DNA from: a virus
Taxonomy: Duplodnaviria; Caudoviricetes
IMG/VR virus record: IMGVR_UViG_3300027924_001186
Span: 14,574-78,573 of that record
Direction: 5' to 3' (one strand)
DNA length: 64,000 bases
Shown: positions 29,393-39,099 of the stretch, piece by piece
Layout of the letters: each line of letters opens with the position of its first letter
Position numbering within the stretch: the first letter of the stretch is position 1
Translations under genes and position numbers: made by a program
Notes under the pieces: model-generated
The model's database searches: none
Seen by the model: only the letters and a program-made list of their open reading frames with translations
What the model was told of the DNA's origin: nothing

Positions 29393-29552
29393 GGCTTCGC
29401 AACTTGCCCGAGATAATGGCATTAAGCATAACCTGATTATCGATAATGGAGCTACCGAGTTTAATGGTGCTCCGACCGCTACTGCTCTCGCTATCGGTCC
29501 CGACGAAAGCGAGGTACTTGATCCGCTTTTTAGCAGCTTAAAGCTCTATTAG
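29352..29552 (+). pseudogene. C-terminal remnant of a PTH2-type peptidyl-tRNA hydrolase
   Basis: Frame without a start reading LIIDNGATEFNGAPTATALAIGPDESEVLDPLFSSLKLY*; in-frame TGA at 29349. Confidence 0.65.
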
Positions 29553-30085
29553 GTTTCGAATAAGGACCTCTGATTTTTCCTTGGTGAGATTCGCTTATTT
29601 TTCTTTTATGATCTTCGGAATGAGGTATCCCTTTTCTCTTACCTTTAAGAGCCAAACTTATTTTTAATTTAGTCGAGTCGGATACAGATTTTCCAAGCAT
29701 TCCACCCTTTGGGCGTTTACCTTTTTTTGCGTCGCTCATTTTTTTCTTTGTAGCGATTGATAAGATTCTACCGAATTGGGGTGGTATCGATTTTCCGGTT
29801 CCTAAATTCAACCACTTTTCATCTTGAATGACTTTTAATCTTCTTAAAACCTTATGCTCCCATTCTCGTGCTTGTAGCGAGTCATTGAAGGTCTGTCGTA
29901 CTTCGATTACATCGGGGTCTCCATGCTGCTCTCGAAATACCTTAACCTGCTTGGACGAAGTGAAATAAGAAGTCCAGAGATCATCTGGACGACAGTTTCG
30001 AGCATAACGAACACCGTAGTACCATCTATCGTGCTGCTTCCAACCGAATAAGATAGGTGAAAGGGGTATAAATACTTTTAGGCAT
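29530..30085 (-). CDS. Free-standing homing endonuclease E (GIY-YIG-like plus NUMOD3), one apparent frameshift
   Basis: MPKSIYTPFTYLI/GWKQHDRWYYGVRY; extra G at 30046 restores the frame into ORF 29530-29811. Confidence 0.8.
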
Positions 30086-30158
30086 AATAGCCTCCCAGAA
30101 GGTTATTGTGATTAGGGTAGGATATGATTCCACGCATTTCCTACCTGTTTTATTTATG
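30068..30158 (+). repeat. HEG leader element, copy E
   Basis: Core CATAATAGCCT...AGGTTATTGTG; hairpin GGTAGGATATG/CATTTCCTACC; TATTTATG. Confidence 0.85.
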
Positions 30159-30191
30159 TGGATAACTTTACTCTATCAAGAGGTGAATATT

Positions 30192-31796
30192 ATGGCCAAC
30201 AAGAACGTTTTTCGCAACTCTCGCTATGTCGCTCCTACTCCTACTGATACTATTAACAACGCGGGTGGTGCTGCTTATTCTCTGAATGATAAGGAAGCTC
30301 TCGCACAAATGGTGATGACAGGGGTTTTTAATAACTCTTTTTATGTGTCGGCGCAGAATCAGATCGATAATGTCAAGGCTCTTCTCGACAAGCTCGGTCC
30401 CGAAGAGGCGACTTTCATCGCCAAGCTCGCTATCCATGCGCGCCAGAATGGATTTATGAAGGATACTCCGGCGTATCTGGTAGCTTGGTTGTCCAAGTAC
30501 GGTCCTAAGGAGTTCAAGACCGCTTTCGGGCACGTCGTCGATAACGGTAAGATGCTTCGCAACTTCGTGCAGATCATGCGCTCTGGTGCTATCGGTCGCA
30601 AGTCTCTGGGCACCGCACCGAAGACTATGGTGAAGAACTGGATCACCGGTGCATCGATCAATCAGTTGATTCGCGCAAGCGTAGGCAATACGCCATCTCT
30701 GGCGGACATCATCAAGATGGTACATCCGACTCCGGCTAATCTGACGCAGAATGCGCTCTTCCAGTGGATTTTGAACGGTAAGGTTCAGGCAGATGCCTAT
30801 GAGTATCTACCGAAGACGGTTAAGGATCTTCTGGCGTTCCGTTCGGGCGATAGCGAGGAAATGCCTAATGTGCCGTTCGAGCTTTTGACTTCTGGTGAAC
30901 TCTCTACGGAGAACTGGAAGGACATCGCGCGTAATGCGGGCTGGCATATGACTCGAATGAATCTTAACACCTTCGAGCGCAAGGGTCTCTTTAACGATCC
31001 GGAAATGGTGTGGACCATTGCCAACAAGCTTCAGGATACGAACGAAATCATGAAGGCTAAGGTGTTCCCATACCAGATCTTCACTACCTGGATGAATGCT
31101 ACTGGTGCGCCGTTGCCGATCCGCTTTGCCTTGGAAAAGGCACTCGAATTTTCTCTCCAGACGGTTCCGGTGTTCGATGGAAAGACCTTCGTCTTCGTGG
31201 ATGTGAGTGGCTCCATGAACAGCCCGATCACCGGTCATCGTGTTGGTTCAACCTCAAGTATGCGTTGCGTGGATGTGGCGGCTTTGATTGCGTCTTCACT
31301 GCTACGAGCCAATGCAGGGAATGTGGAAGTGGTTATGTTCGACACTCGTCTGCATACGGCTAAGTTGCGTCCGATGGCGTCGGTTATGGATAACGCACAG
31401 ACTATCGCGAAGTTCGGTGGCGGTGGAACTTCTTGTCAGTTGCCGATGCAGGATCTGGTTAACCGCAAGAAGAAGGGTGATCTGATCATCTACATCAGCG
31501 ATAACGAGAGCTGGTTCTCGACGAAGGCTCTGACTTGGAGCGGAAGTGGTCGTGGTCGTGGTCGTGGTACTGAGACTGCGGACGCTTGGGCCGAATTCAA
31601 GGCGTATAATCCGAAGGCTAAGATGGTTTGCATCGATCTCCAGCCCGGTATGACCACTCAGGTCCAGTCCGATCCACGAGTGTTAAATGTGGGCGGGTTT
31701 AGCGATGCGGTTTACGATGTGATCGCCAACTTCGCTTCTCGATCTGCAGATAAGGATTTCTGGGTAAGGGAGATAGAAGGAGCGGTAACTTTCTAA
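30192..31796 (+). CDS. Ro60/Rsr-like TROVE-vWA RNA-binding protein
   Basis: NNAGGAAY, GKMLRNFVQIMRSG, WHMTRMNLNTF, VFPYQIF, vWA motif VDVSGSM, GGGTSC, ISDNESW, VGGFSDAV. Confidence 0.92.
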   Translation: MANKNVFRNSRYVAPTPTDTINNAGGAAYSLNDKEALAQMVMTGVFNNSFYVSAQNQIDNVKALLDKLGPEEATFIAKLAIHARQNGFMKDTPAYLVAWLSKYGPKEFKTAFGHVVDNGKMLRNFVQIMRSGAIGRKSLGTAPKTMVKNWITGASINQLIRASVGNTPSLADIIKMVHPTPANLTQNALFQWILNGKVQADAYEYLPKTVKDLLAFRSGDSEEMPNVPFELLTSGELSTENWKDIARNAGWHMTRMNLNTFERKGLFNDPEMVWTIANKLQDTNEIMKAKVFPYQIFTTWMNATGAPLPIRFALEKALEFSLQTVPVFDGKTFVFVDVSGSMNSPITGHRVGSTSSMRCVDVAALIASSLLRANAGNVEVVMFDTRLHTAKLRPMASVMDNAQTIAKFGGGGTSCQLPMQDLVNRKKKGDLIIYISDNESWFSTKALTWSGSGRGRGRGTETADAWAEFKAYNPKAKMVCIDLQPGMTTQVQSDPRVLNVGGFSDAVYDVIANFASRSADKDFWVREIEGAVTF

Positions 31797-31799
31797 TAC

Positions 31800-32386
31800 A
31801 ACCTGGGGATCTTTTTATAAGGTCCCCTAATTTTACCGTTTCATTGTATTACTTATTTTCTTCTTTTGCTCTTCGGACATAGGCTTGCCGTTTCTTGGGA
31901 GATGGTTTTCCGCTTTAGAGGAGAAGGATCCCATTTAAAGCCTCTGATTTTTAAAGATTTGCTAATTTTATTTTTAGTTTCTTCGGAATGAGAAATGCCG
32001 TTTCTTGGGAGATGGTTTTCCGTTTTCTCGTATCACTCATTCTTTTCTTTACTTCATCTGAGAATTTGTGTCCTAAATTATAAAACTTGCCTTTCGGATC
32101 TTTCTTATTCAACCATCTTTCGTTTTTAACTGCATCTATTCTTCTGATAACCTTCGATTCCCATTCACGGGCTTGAAGTGAATCGTTGAAGGTCTGTCGT
32201 ACTTCGATTACATCCGGTTCTCCATAGAGCCATCTTTGAACATCTACATAAACAGATGAAGTGAAATAAGAAGTCCATAAATCATCGGGATGGCAGTTTC
32301 TTGCGTATCGAGCACCATAATACCAAATGTCAAGCCAAGACCAACCGAATAAGATAAGTGAAAGGGGTATAAATACTTTTAGGCAT
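31800..32386 (-). CDS. Free-standing homing endonuclease F (GIY-YIG-like plus NUMOD3), several apparent frameshifts
   Basis: MPKSIYTPFTYLI/GWSWLDIWYYGARY; extra G at 32346 and further C-before-GG insertions; ends ...GKIRGPYKK; 3' end approximate. Confidence 0.7.
31805..31834 (+). terminator. Probable intrinsic terminator after TROVE
   Basis: GGGGATC-TTTTTATAA-GGTCCCC hairpin followed by TAATTTT. Confidence 0.55.
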
Positions 32387-32461
32387 AATAGCCTCCTAGA
32401 AAGGTTATTGTGATTAGAGTGTGGAGTCGTCGGCTATTCGACTCCACACTCGTTATTTATT
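32369..32461 (+). repeat. HEG leader element, copy F
   Basis: Conserved core; perfect 13-bp hairpin GAGTGTGGAGTCG/CGACTCCACACTC; TATTTATT. Confidence 0.88.
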
Positions 32462-32504
32462 TTATATTCGAATAAATAACGAGTAAGGATCACACTAAAC
32501 TACA

Positions 32505-32543
32505 AAGGGTGCATGGTCCTAAGACTATGCACCCTTTTTTTAT
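32505..32543 (+). terminator. Strong intrinsic terminator-like hairpin just upstream of a CDS
   Basis: AAGGGTGCATGGTC-CTAA-GACTATGCACCCTT followed by a T run. Confidence 0.75.
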
Positions 32544-32556
32544 TCGGAGAAAGAAT

Positions 32557-33724
32557 ATGCTAACATTCAGAACATGGCTACAAGAAGCTAATTTATCACT
32601 ACCTCAATTTATGAAAAGAGTTAGTTCTAATCTAAATGCGTTCTACAATAAGATTAAAAATGGAGAGATGTTTGAAACTGAAGAGGGAACACCTATTAAA
32701 CTATCGGGGTTGGCTATCAAAGAGAAGGGTTCTAAACCTATAGTTTATCTAGCAAAGAGGTTTAATCAAGAAAGCTGGGTAGAAACTATCAGCAACTTCA
32801 TAGAAGATCCGGATTTTCAAGCAATCAATAATCTGTTCGTCGTATTGGATGATGGTAGCATCACTCCGACCCTGAAAACTATCGGTATCCTGTCTAAGAC
32901 CACCGACTTTGGTTCTAAGGGGTCTTCGATGAAAAAGATAGAGATACCGGCTTCGACTTGGGGTGCTTTGAATAATTTGGAAGGATTAAATATATTAAAG
33001 CCGCGGAAAAGAGATAGAAATCGAATGGCTGAATAAATTCAACAAAGAGTTTTCCAGGATTCTGATGGATAACAACCTAAAATCTTGCGATTTAGAAGTT
33101 GGTACCACTGTATTGAAGAATGTGGTAGGATCTATGGGCGCCCCGGGATCGGAAAGAGACCCGAAGGCGGATGTTGTCTTCGTGGATGATAAGAAGAGCC
33201 TTGTTGGGTTTACGTCATTAAAAGAAGGCACCAATGTTAAGAATTTCCAACAATGGGGTGGGTTATCTAAAATCAAAGATCCTGAAATAGATGTTTTCGT
33301 AGCCAAGTTAAAATCTTATCTCGATTCTAAAGGATTGAAAGGTGTGCCTCAAGGTGAAACGATCTGGTCTGAGATAAAAAGCAACGATTTAAAAAATAAG
33401 TTAGCATGGGGTCTCCAATACGGGTTCTCCAATTTTGGTATAGAAAACGTAGAGTTTATAATGCAAGGATCTCCTAGAGTATCCGAAGTTAAAACCGGAA
33501 ATAAAATCTACGCTAAACTCGAGGTCTCTCATCTTATCACTCGACACGGCAATGAGATAGAATCGACCCAGAGTCCGTATCGACCAATCTTCTGTGCTTT
33601 ATTCAGAAATGATAGGAGCGATTTCGGTGTAAATAAAACTAGGATCTTTGCCTATTCTTACGGTGGAAGAAATCTTCATACGGATTTGACCAGATACAAT
33701 TTACCAAATAAAAAGGCAAAATAA
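32557..33724 (+). CDS. Putative PD-(D/E)XK-like nuclease; one gene with an apparent +1 frameshift at 33004
   Basis: Removing the C before GG joins the track ORFs (LKP/GKEIEIEWLNKF); DPKADVVF...SLKEG...FQQWGG; N-terminus MLTFRTWLQE. Confidence 0.6.
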
Positions 33725-33726
33725 CC

Positions 33727-34839
33727 ATGTACTTATCATTCAAAAAATGGTATAACCTACACGAGGGCGGCAATGTCGTAATCGGCGATGTTCCTGCAGA
33801 ACGAATCGACCTAAAGACAATCGATAGAAAGAAAGTGGTGTCCGAGATCGGTAAGGCTTTAAAATCTATCTCCGATAGATATGCCAGTTTTCATGGGATG
33901 CCTCTTTGGGGAGACGATTTGTTCAAAGATAGGGGGTTCCTAAGCGGTTCTTCGCTGCATCTATTCAACACCGCCATTCCGGACGAAACCTTTGTAAAGC
34001 ACAAGCCTACCGTCGGTGATATCGATACTCAAGTCGACGGTAACCAGAAAAAACAGATAGAAGACTTCTTAAAGAAGTTGCCCGCCGGTGAGAAAGTCGG
34101 CAACACCCTCTATGTCGGTTACAAGCCATCTGGTGATCAGTTCATCACTCTTTGGACTATACCCTCTTTGGGGATTTCTGTTCAGGTTGATTTGGAGTTA
34201 GTGGATTTCAAAGATGGTAAACCGACCCCGTGGGCATCATTTAGCCACGGCTCACCTTGGGAAGACTTATCGTTGGGGATCAAGGGAGTTTTCCAGAAGT
34301 ACCTGCTGAGATCTTTCCAAGCCCGAACTGCTAAAGATGTCTTGATCAGAGCCAAGACTCCGAGAGGTAAGGATAAGGTAATCAGAAAATCGGATTTGGC
34401 GTTCTCCTTAAAAGGACTTAGAGTGAGAATGACTCCGGTTCTCGATGTTCAGGGCAATCAGGTATTCAAGAATGGTATGCCGGTGTACGATGAAGTAGAC
34501 TCCGCCACGGCAGATTACATAACCGATTTAGATGTTCTATTCACATCATTCTTCGGGGTGAAAGGTAGCAAGGCGGAAGTCGAACAGATGGGGTCTTTTG
34601 TCGGTTTAGTGGGGTTGATGAAGAAGCATATGAGCCCATCCGATCAGAAGAAGGTCCTCGATGGATTCGCGAATGTACTTTGGGAAAAAGGCGCTCAAGG
34701 TTTAGTTAGGGGAGACCCCAGAGCCGACTATGATACCAAGATAAGAGCTTTCGATTACATTATCAAAGGACTGGGTATCGGTTCGATCGACGATTACGAT
34801 TCGGTAATAAATAGTTATTATCAGGGGTACAAAGCATGA
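33727..34839 (+). CDS. Pol-beta superfamily nucleotidyltransferase
   Basis: FLSGSS...TVGDIDTQVD...VQVDLE catalytic pattern. Confidence 0.75.
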   Translation: MYLSFKKWYNLHEGGNVVIGDVPAERIDLKTIDRKKVVSEIGKALKSISDRYASFHGMPLWGDDLFKDRGFLSGSSLHLFNTAIPDETFVKHKPTVGDIDTQVDGNQKKQIEDFLKKLPAGEKVGNTLYVGYKPSGDQFITLWTIPSLGISVQVDLELVDFKDGKPTPWASFSHGSPWEDLSLGIKGVFQKYLLRSFQARTAKDVLIRAKTPRGKDKVIRKSDLAFSLKGLRVRMTPVLDVQGNQVFKNGMPVYDEVDSATADYITDLDVLFTSFFGVKGSKAEVEQMGSFVGLVGLMKKHMSPSDQKKVLDGFANVLWEKGAQGLVRGDPRADYDTKIRAFDYIIKGLGIGSIDDYDSVINSYYQGYKA

Positions 34840-35549
34840 TCAGTTTGTATGTTAAAACTCACAAACAAACCGGATTAAAGTATTTTGGAAAAACTGTTCA
34901 AGATCCGTTCTCATATCTCGGAAGTGGGATTAGATGGACCCGTCATTTGGCAAAATATGGTAATGATGTATCTACTGAAATTATCGGGCAGTTTGAAAAT
35001 ATAGATGAATGCTCAAAAGTTGCTTTACAATTTAGTGCAGAAAATGATATAGTTAAAAGTAAAGAATGGGCAAATCTTATTCCTGAAAATGGTATGATAG
35101 GTGGAGCAATTCATAATTCGCCTCATTCAGATGAAACAAAACTTAAAATAAGTGAAGCCAATAAAGGTAGGTTAGTGGGTGAAAAAAATCCAAGATTTGG
35201 AATTCGTCTTCTTGCAGAAGAAAACGGATTCTTTGGTAAAACACATTCAGATGAAACAAAACTTAAAATAAGTGAAGCCAATAAAGGTAGGTTAGTGGGT
35301 GAAAAAAATCCTGCCAAAAGACCTGAAGTTAGAGAAAAACTTTCTGCCAACAATGTTATGAAATTACCAGAACAAAGAGAACGAGCATCATTAAAAATTA
35401 GCGGAGATGGTAATCCTGCCAAAAGACCTGAAGTTAGAGAAAAACTTAGAAAACCAAAGAGAAAAGAAATTTGTCAGTTTTGTCAAAAGGAAATAGGGTC
35501 TCATAACATTAAAAGGCATATAGAGGCTAAGCACAATGAAATCGTTTAG
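34836..35549 (+). CDS. Free-standing GIY-YIG (Seg-like) endonuclease with NUMOD3, intact, containing an internal 120-bp-period duplication
   Basis: LYVKTHKQTGLKYFGKT...YLGSG; HSDETKLKISEANKGRLVGEKNP occurs twice. Confidence 0.85.
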   Translation: MISLYVKTHKQTGLKYFGKTVQDPFSYLGSGIRWTRHLAKYGNDVSTEIIGQFENIDECSKVALQFSAENDIVKSKEWANLIPENGMIGGAIHNSPHSDETKLKISEANKGRLVGEKNPRFGIRLLAEENGFFGKTHSDETKLKISEANKGRLVGEKNPAKRPEVREKLSANNVMKLPEQRERASLKISGDGNPAKRPEVREKLRKPKRKEICQFCQKEIGSHNIKRHIEAKHNEIV

Positions 35550-36444
35550 ACAGTTCATAGATGAGCAAGTCTCATCAACCAGAAGAGTTGGTATCCAACA
35601 TTTACAACAAATGGATCCAATTAAATTTGTTGAGTGGCTTCGCGATGTAAAAAATGAAACTAAAGGCATTTTGAAAGATATAAAATGTGTCGCCAAGATC
35701 GATGGATTAGGTGCTCGATTCGGTAAGGACTCTAACGGAAGACCCTTCTTCGAGGGGAGCAGAACCGGTCCGATATTCGATAGTGGTGCCTTTAGTGCTC
35801 ATGCCAGATCCAAAACCGATGATGTCGAGATGATAACCAGAGCAACTCACTATGATGATATGCTCGAGATTTTTAAGACCGCGGATTTTATGAGTGCTCT
35901 TCCGAACAACACCAAGGTAGTATGCGAAATCTTCTATAATCCGATGGCGGAAGAAACCGAAAAGGGAATCAAGTTCGTCACGGTGAACTACGATAAGAAT
36001 AAGTTGGGTTCGTTGATGACAATCATGCCTTATACCGTGTTGGATGCTTCTACGGGTCACGATTCGCCGGATAAGACAAGCATTCTAAAAGAACTCTATA
36101 AAAAGAGTTCGACCAAGATAAAGATTATCAACCCCAATCTCAAATTCAATGAGATCGATATCAAGATTTATGCCGATGCGGCGAGCGTTTATAGCGATGA
36201 ATCGTTGGCTATACTAAAGAGTCGTAAGGCGGTAGACAAGGCGGACAAGCAAAATCTGCTCAATGCTCTTCAAAAAATCAAAGATGAATTAGCCGATTAC
36301 CTGCTGGCGCACCCCGGTATCGAGGGAAAATTCAAACTCGGTCCGGAGATAGAAGGTGTGGTGCTGCATCTACCCGATAGAGCATCGGGAACGGCGCCTT
36401 ATAAAATCACCACACCTGATTTCAAATCGGCTCACGCAAAGTAA
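35536..36444 (+). CDS. ATP-dependent ligase-like adenylation domain protein
   Basis: Motif I AKIDG, CEIF, EGVVL, YKIT; N-terminus MKSFRQFIDE. Confidence 0.65.
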   Translation: MKSFRQFIDEQVSSTRRVGIQHLQQMDPIKFVEWLRDVKNETKGILKDIKCVAKIDGLGARFGKDSNGRPFFEGSRTGPIFDSGAFSAHARSKTDDVEMITRATHYDDMLEIFKTADFMSALPNNTKVVCEIFYNPMAEETEKGIKFVTVNYDKNKLGSLMTIMPYTVLDASTGHDSPDKTSILKELYKKSSTKIKIINPNLKFNEIDIKIYADAASVYSDESLAILKSRKAVDKADKQNLLNALQKIKDELADYLLAHPGIEGKFKLGPEIEGVVLHLPDRASGTAPYKITTPDFKSAHAK

Positions 36445-36456
36445 AAGGATAAAAAT

Positions 36457-37494
36457 ATGTTTGGATTTGGATACACATTATTAGAAACCCCAGATAAAAT
36501 TCAAAAGTACATCACCGGCAATCGAAGATTACAGCAGACAAAATTCTATGTGGGTAAAACTCCCGCCGTGACAATGGCTAAGTCGGGCAATAACTTCGTG
36601 GCAAACGGATTTCTTCCCAAGCATACTCAACTTAGAGTGCCTCGAGCCACGATGGCATCTTCGGGCAGAATGCGTCTGATAGAAGTTAAAGCCGCCGGTC
36701 GTTCTTGCTGGATGCCGATGAATAAAATCGGTGTCAAATCATTCAACATCACGTTCAGAAAAACGAACGACACCTTCATCGATTCACTGAATGCCGATAT
36801 AGAGCATTTTACTAGAAACGGAGTTCAGCCTAAACTCTATATCAACGAAATCGCTCCGGCGAATTTAATCTACGATATCACCTTAAAAGGGAACAAAGCG
36901 AAGAATAAGAACTCCACGTGCCAATACTACATCGAAGGATTTTCTGGTGGTGTCGCGGCATTCCCTTCGAGTTTCTATATACGAGTGATCGAAACCGCAG
37001 TAGATGTACCGATGAATGATAGGATGTCTGCAGAAATAGTTAAATACTTAACTCACTTCACCGATTCCGATAAAAACCTTCTTTCCAACGTCGCTTATAT
37101 CTTCCCCAACGGAGCCGATTATGGCGTACCTCTTTACGGTAAAGGATACTCCGGTAGAACCGGATACGGTAATCCGGATTGCGCCGATGTGGTTTTTTAT
37201 GGGGCACCTTCGGTGGATACCGATGAACTGACCGGGTCTATCATACTCAAACCGAGCGAGCCATCCACTGCAACGAATGTCACATTCGTGGTCAGACGCG
37301 GAACGCAGCCACCGGCTAACTCTTTCTGCTATCTTGCATCTATAAAGCAGGGAAGCAATATCACTCGTCCGAAGAAAATTAAGAATGCGAAATTGCAGAT
37401 GACTTTCACCAAGCATGTTGAGAACAATCCTAATGTGATTAAAAAGGGAGCGACAGTCGGCCCGATCCCACCCGGCGCCGCAGGAGGAGTATAA
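36457..37494 (+). CDS. Hypothetical protein
   Basis: AAGGA SD; 345-aa ORF within the cluster. Confidence 0.7.
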   Translation: MFGFGYTLLETPDKIQKYITGNRRLQQTKFYVGKTPAVTMAKSGNNFVANGFLPKHTQLRVPRATMASSGRMRLIEVKAAGRSCWMPMNKIGVKSFNITFRKTNDTFIDSLNADIEHFTRNGVQPKLYINEIAPANLIYDITLKGNKAKNKNSTCQYYIEGFSGGVAAFPSSFYIRVIETAVDVPMNDRMSAEIVKYLTHFTDSDKNLLSNVAYIFPNGADYGVPLYGKGYSGRTGYGNPDCADVVFYGAPSVDTDELTGSIILKPSEPSTATNVTFVVRRGTQPPANSFCYLASIKQGSNITRPKKIKNAKLQMTFTKHVENNPNVIKKGATVGPIPPGAAGGV

Positions 37495-37497
37495 TAT

Positions 37498-38136
37498 ATG
37501 AAACAGGTAGAGTTATTCTTAGGGAGACTACAACCACCGCACAATGGACATAAGAAGATTATCGATGGTATGAAGAATCCTATCGTCGTAATCGTTAAAG
37601 GCGCAAAGAGCGGTGCAGATGTTGCTCGCAATCCCTTGGATGAAGCCTATCAAAAGAAACTGATGGAGATGATTTTCCCTGGGTTAGAGATCTCCATCAG
37701 TCCGAACGGGTTCCTTCCGGGGATACTGGGTTATTTCAGAAAGCAGGGTAAAGAAGTTACCAAGATCTATGCCGGGGCGGATCGTATCGCAGGCTACCAG
37801 AGCGCGATCGATAAAGCCAATGAGAAGATGCCCGAGGATCAGAGATACCAGGTATCATTCCAAGAAACAGAAAGAGTGACCAGCGCAACAGCAGTTAGAA
37901 ACTCTATCAAGAGCGGCGATAAGGACACCTTCAAGAAGTTGGTTCCCGCCGCTATCTGGGGAGAGTGGGATACTCTTAGAAAGAAGATGGGTGTAGTATC
38001 GGAGGGAATTTTGAATTTCGGTCAATGGATGGAAGAAGGTGAATCGGTTACGACTACCGATGCGATTAAAGCCGCCCAGAAGGATCGTCCTCTGGGTCCT
38101 ATTGTGAGAAGAAAGATGAAGAAGAGAGGTGCTTAA
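37498..38136 (+). CDS. Cytidylyltransferase-like (HxGH) nucleotidyltransferase
   Basis: FLGRLQPPHNGH, NPL, AGADR, SATAVR. Confidence 0.85.
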   Translation: MKQVELFLGRLQPPHNGHKKIIDGMKNPIVVIVKGAKSGADVARNPLDEAYQKKLMEMIFPGLEISISPNGFLPGILGYFRKQGKEVTKIYAGADRIAGYQSAIDKANEKMPEDQRYQVSFQETERVTSATAVRNSIKSGDKDTFKKLVPAAIWGEWDTLRKKMGVVSEGILNFGQWMEEGESVTTTDAIKAAQKDRPLGPIVRRKMKKRGA

Positions 38137-38137
38137 T

Positions 38138-38915
38138 ATGCGGACTACCAAAAATTCCCACGGTTGTATATGATTTGACGATTCCCGGAACCGGAGAAGT
38201 TGTCAAGTTTCGTCCGATGCTCGTAAAAGAGTACAAGGCTTTATTGCAGGCTCAAGAACTCGGTGATGATTCCGGGTTTATCAATACCATTAGAGGTATC
38301 ATCGATGATTGCCTTCTGAATAAAGTGGATGTGGATGATTTACCGATGTATGCCGTCGATTATATCTTTCTCCGAATCAGAGCGAAAAGCGTCGGCGAAA
38401 CAGTGAATGCCGAGTTCCGTTGCAACGCTTTGGTTGATAGACTGACCGATCACGATGAAAACGGCGTGGCGCACTCGGTGGAGAAAGTTCGATGCGACGG
38501 TAAATTTCCTGTCGCGATTAACTTAGACGAGGCATTCGTTAAATTCCCGGAAGATTTTCATAAGAAGTGCATCATACAACTGACCGACGATATCGGCATC
38601 AGATTAAAGGCGCCGTCTTTTAAGAGATTCCGCAGTGTCGGTTTAGAAGGAAAAGGTATACTCGATATCACCGATGAATACGTTTTCGCTTGCGTTGATT
38701 CGGTGTTCGAAGGCGATAAAGTTATCACGCCCTCCGAGTTTACTCTGGATGAACTTAGAGAATTTATAGAATCATTCCCGGCGGATAAGATCGAGCAGAT
38801 CACCGAATTCTTTCAAAATCAACCAAAAGTGACATTGATAATGAATTTGACCTGCCCTAAATGCGGCAGCACCTCTTTCATCGAACTCAATGGATTAAAA
38901 GATTTTTTCGACTGA
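38138..38915 (+). CDS. gp26: Baseplate hub subunit (apparent +1 frameshift at 38141)
   Basis: M/GLPKIPTVVYDLTIPGTGEVVKFRPMLVKEYKALL...YIFLRIRAKSVGE...CPKCG...LNGLKDFF. Confidence 0.88.
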
Positions 38916-39088
38916 TGTTCGCAACCGGTGAGCTTGCGGACATCTATAAGACAGATTTTTTGCTCGCCAAAGATCATAACTTGACTTTATCAGAAATTAA
39001 CGATATGATCCCGTTCGAAAGGCAAATCTATATCAGTATAGTCCTAGATTACCTTGAGAAGAAAAAGAAGGCACTGAAACAATTTTAA
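38915..39088 (+). CDS. gp51: Baseplate hub assembly protein (gp51-like, short form)
   Basis: YKTDFLLAKDHNLTLSEINDMIPFERQIYI; follows gp26. Confidence 0.75.
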   Translation: MFATGELADIYKTDFLLAKDHNLTLSEINDMIPFERQIYISIVLDYLEKKKKALKQF

Positions 39089-39099
39089 GGGAAGAATAA

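Noticed and set aside
6732-32346. Programmed ribosomal frameshift at the shared YLI/GW site of five HEGs
   Set aside because: The same C-before-GG insertion occurs at many unrelated sites, including regA and gp26, and two family members (13186, 22614) are in frame at this site.
29390-32560. Y RNA or tRNA genes near Ro60
   Set aside because: No tRNA-like T-loop/cloverleaf or Ro-binding helix recognised. The flanks are accounted for by the PTH2 remnant, HEGs and leader elements.
33727-34839. Calling the nucleotidyltransferase a CBASS CD-NTase or CCA-adding enzyme
   Set aside because: Only the generic pol-beta catalytic pattern is visible; no effector, HD domain or family-specific motif supports either name.
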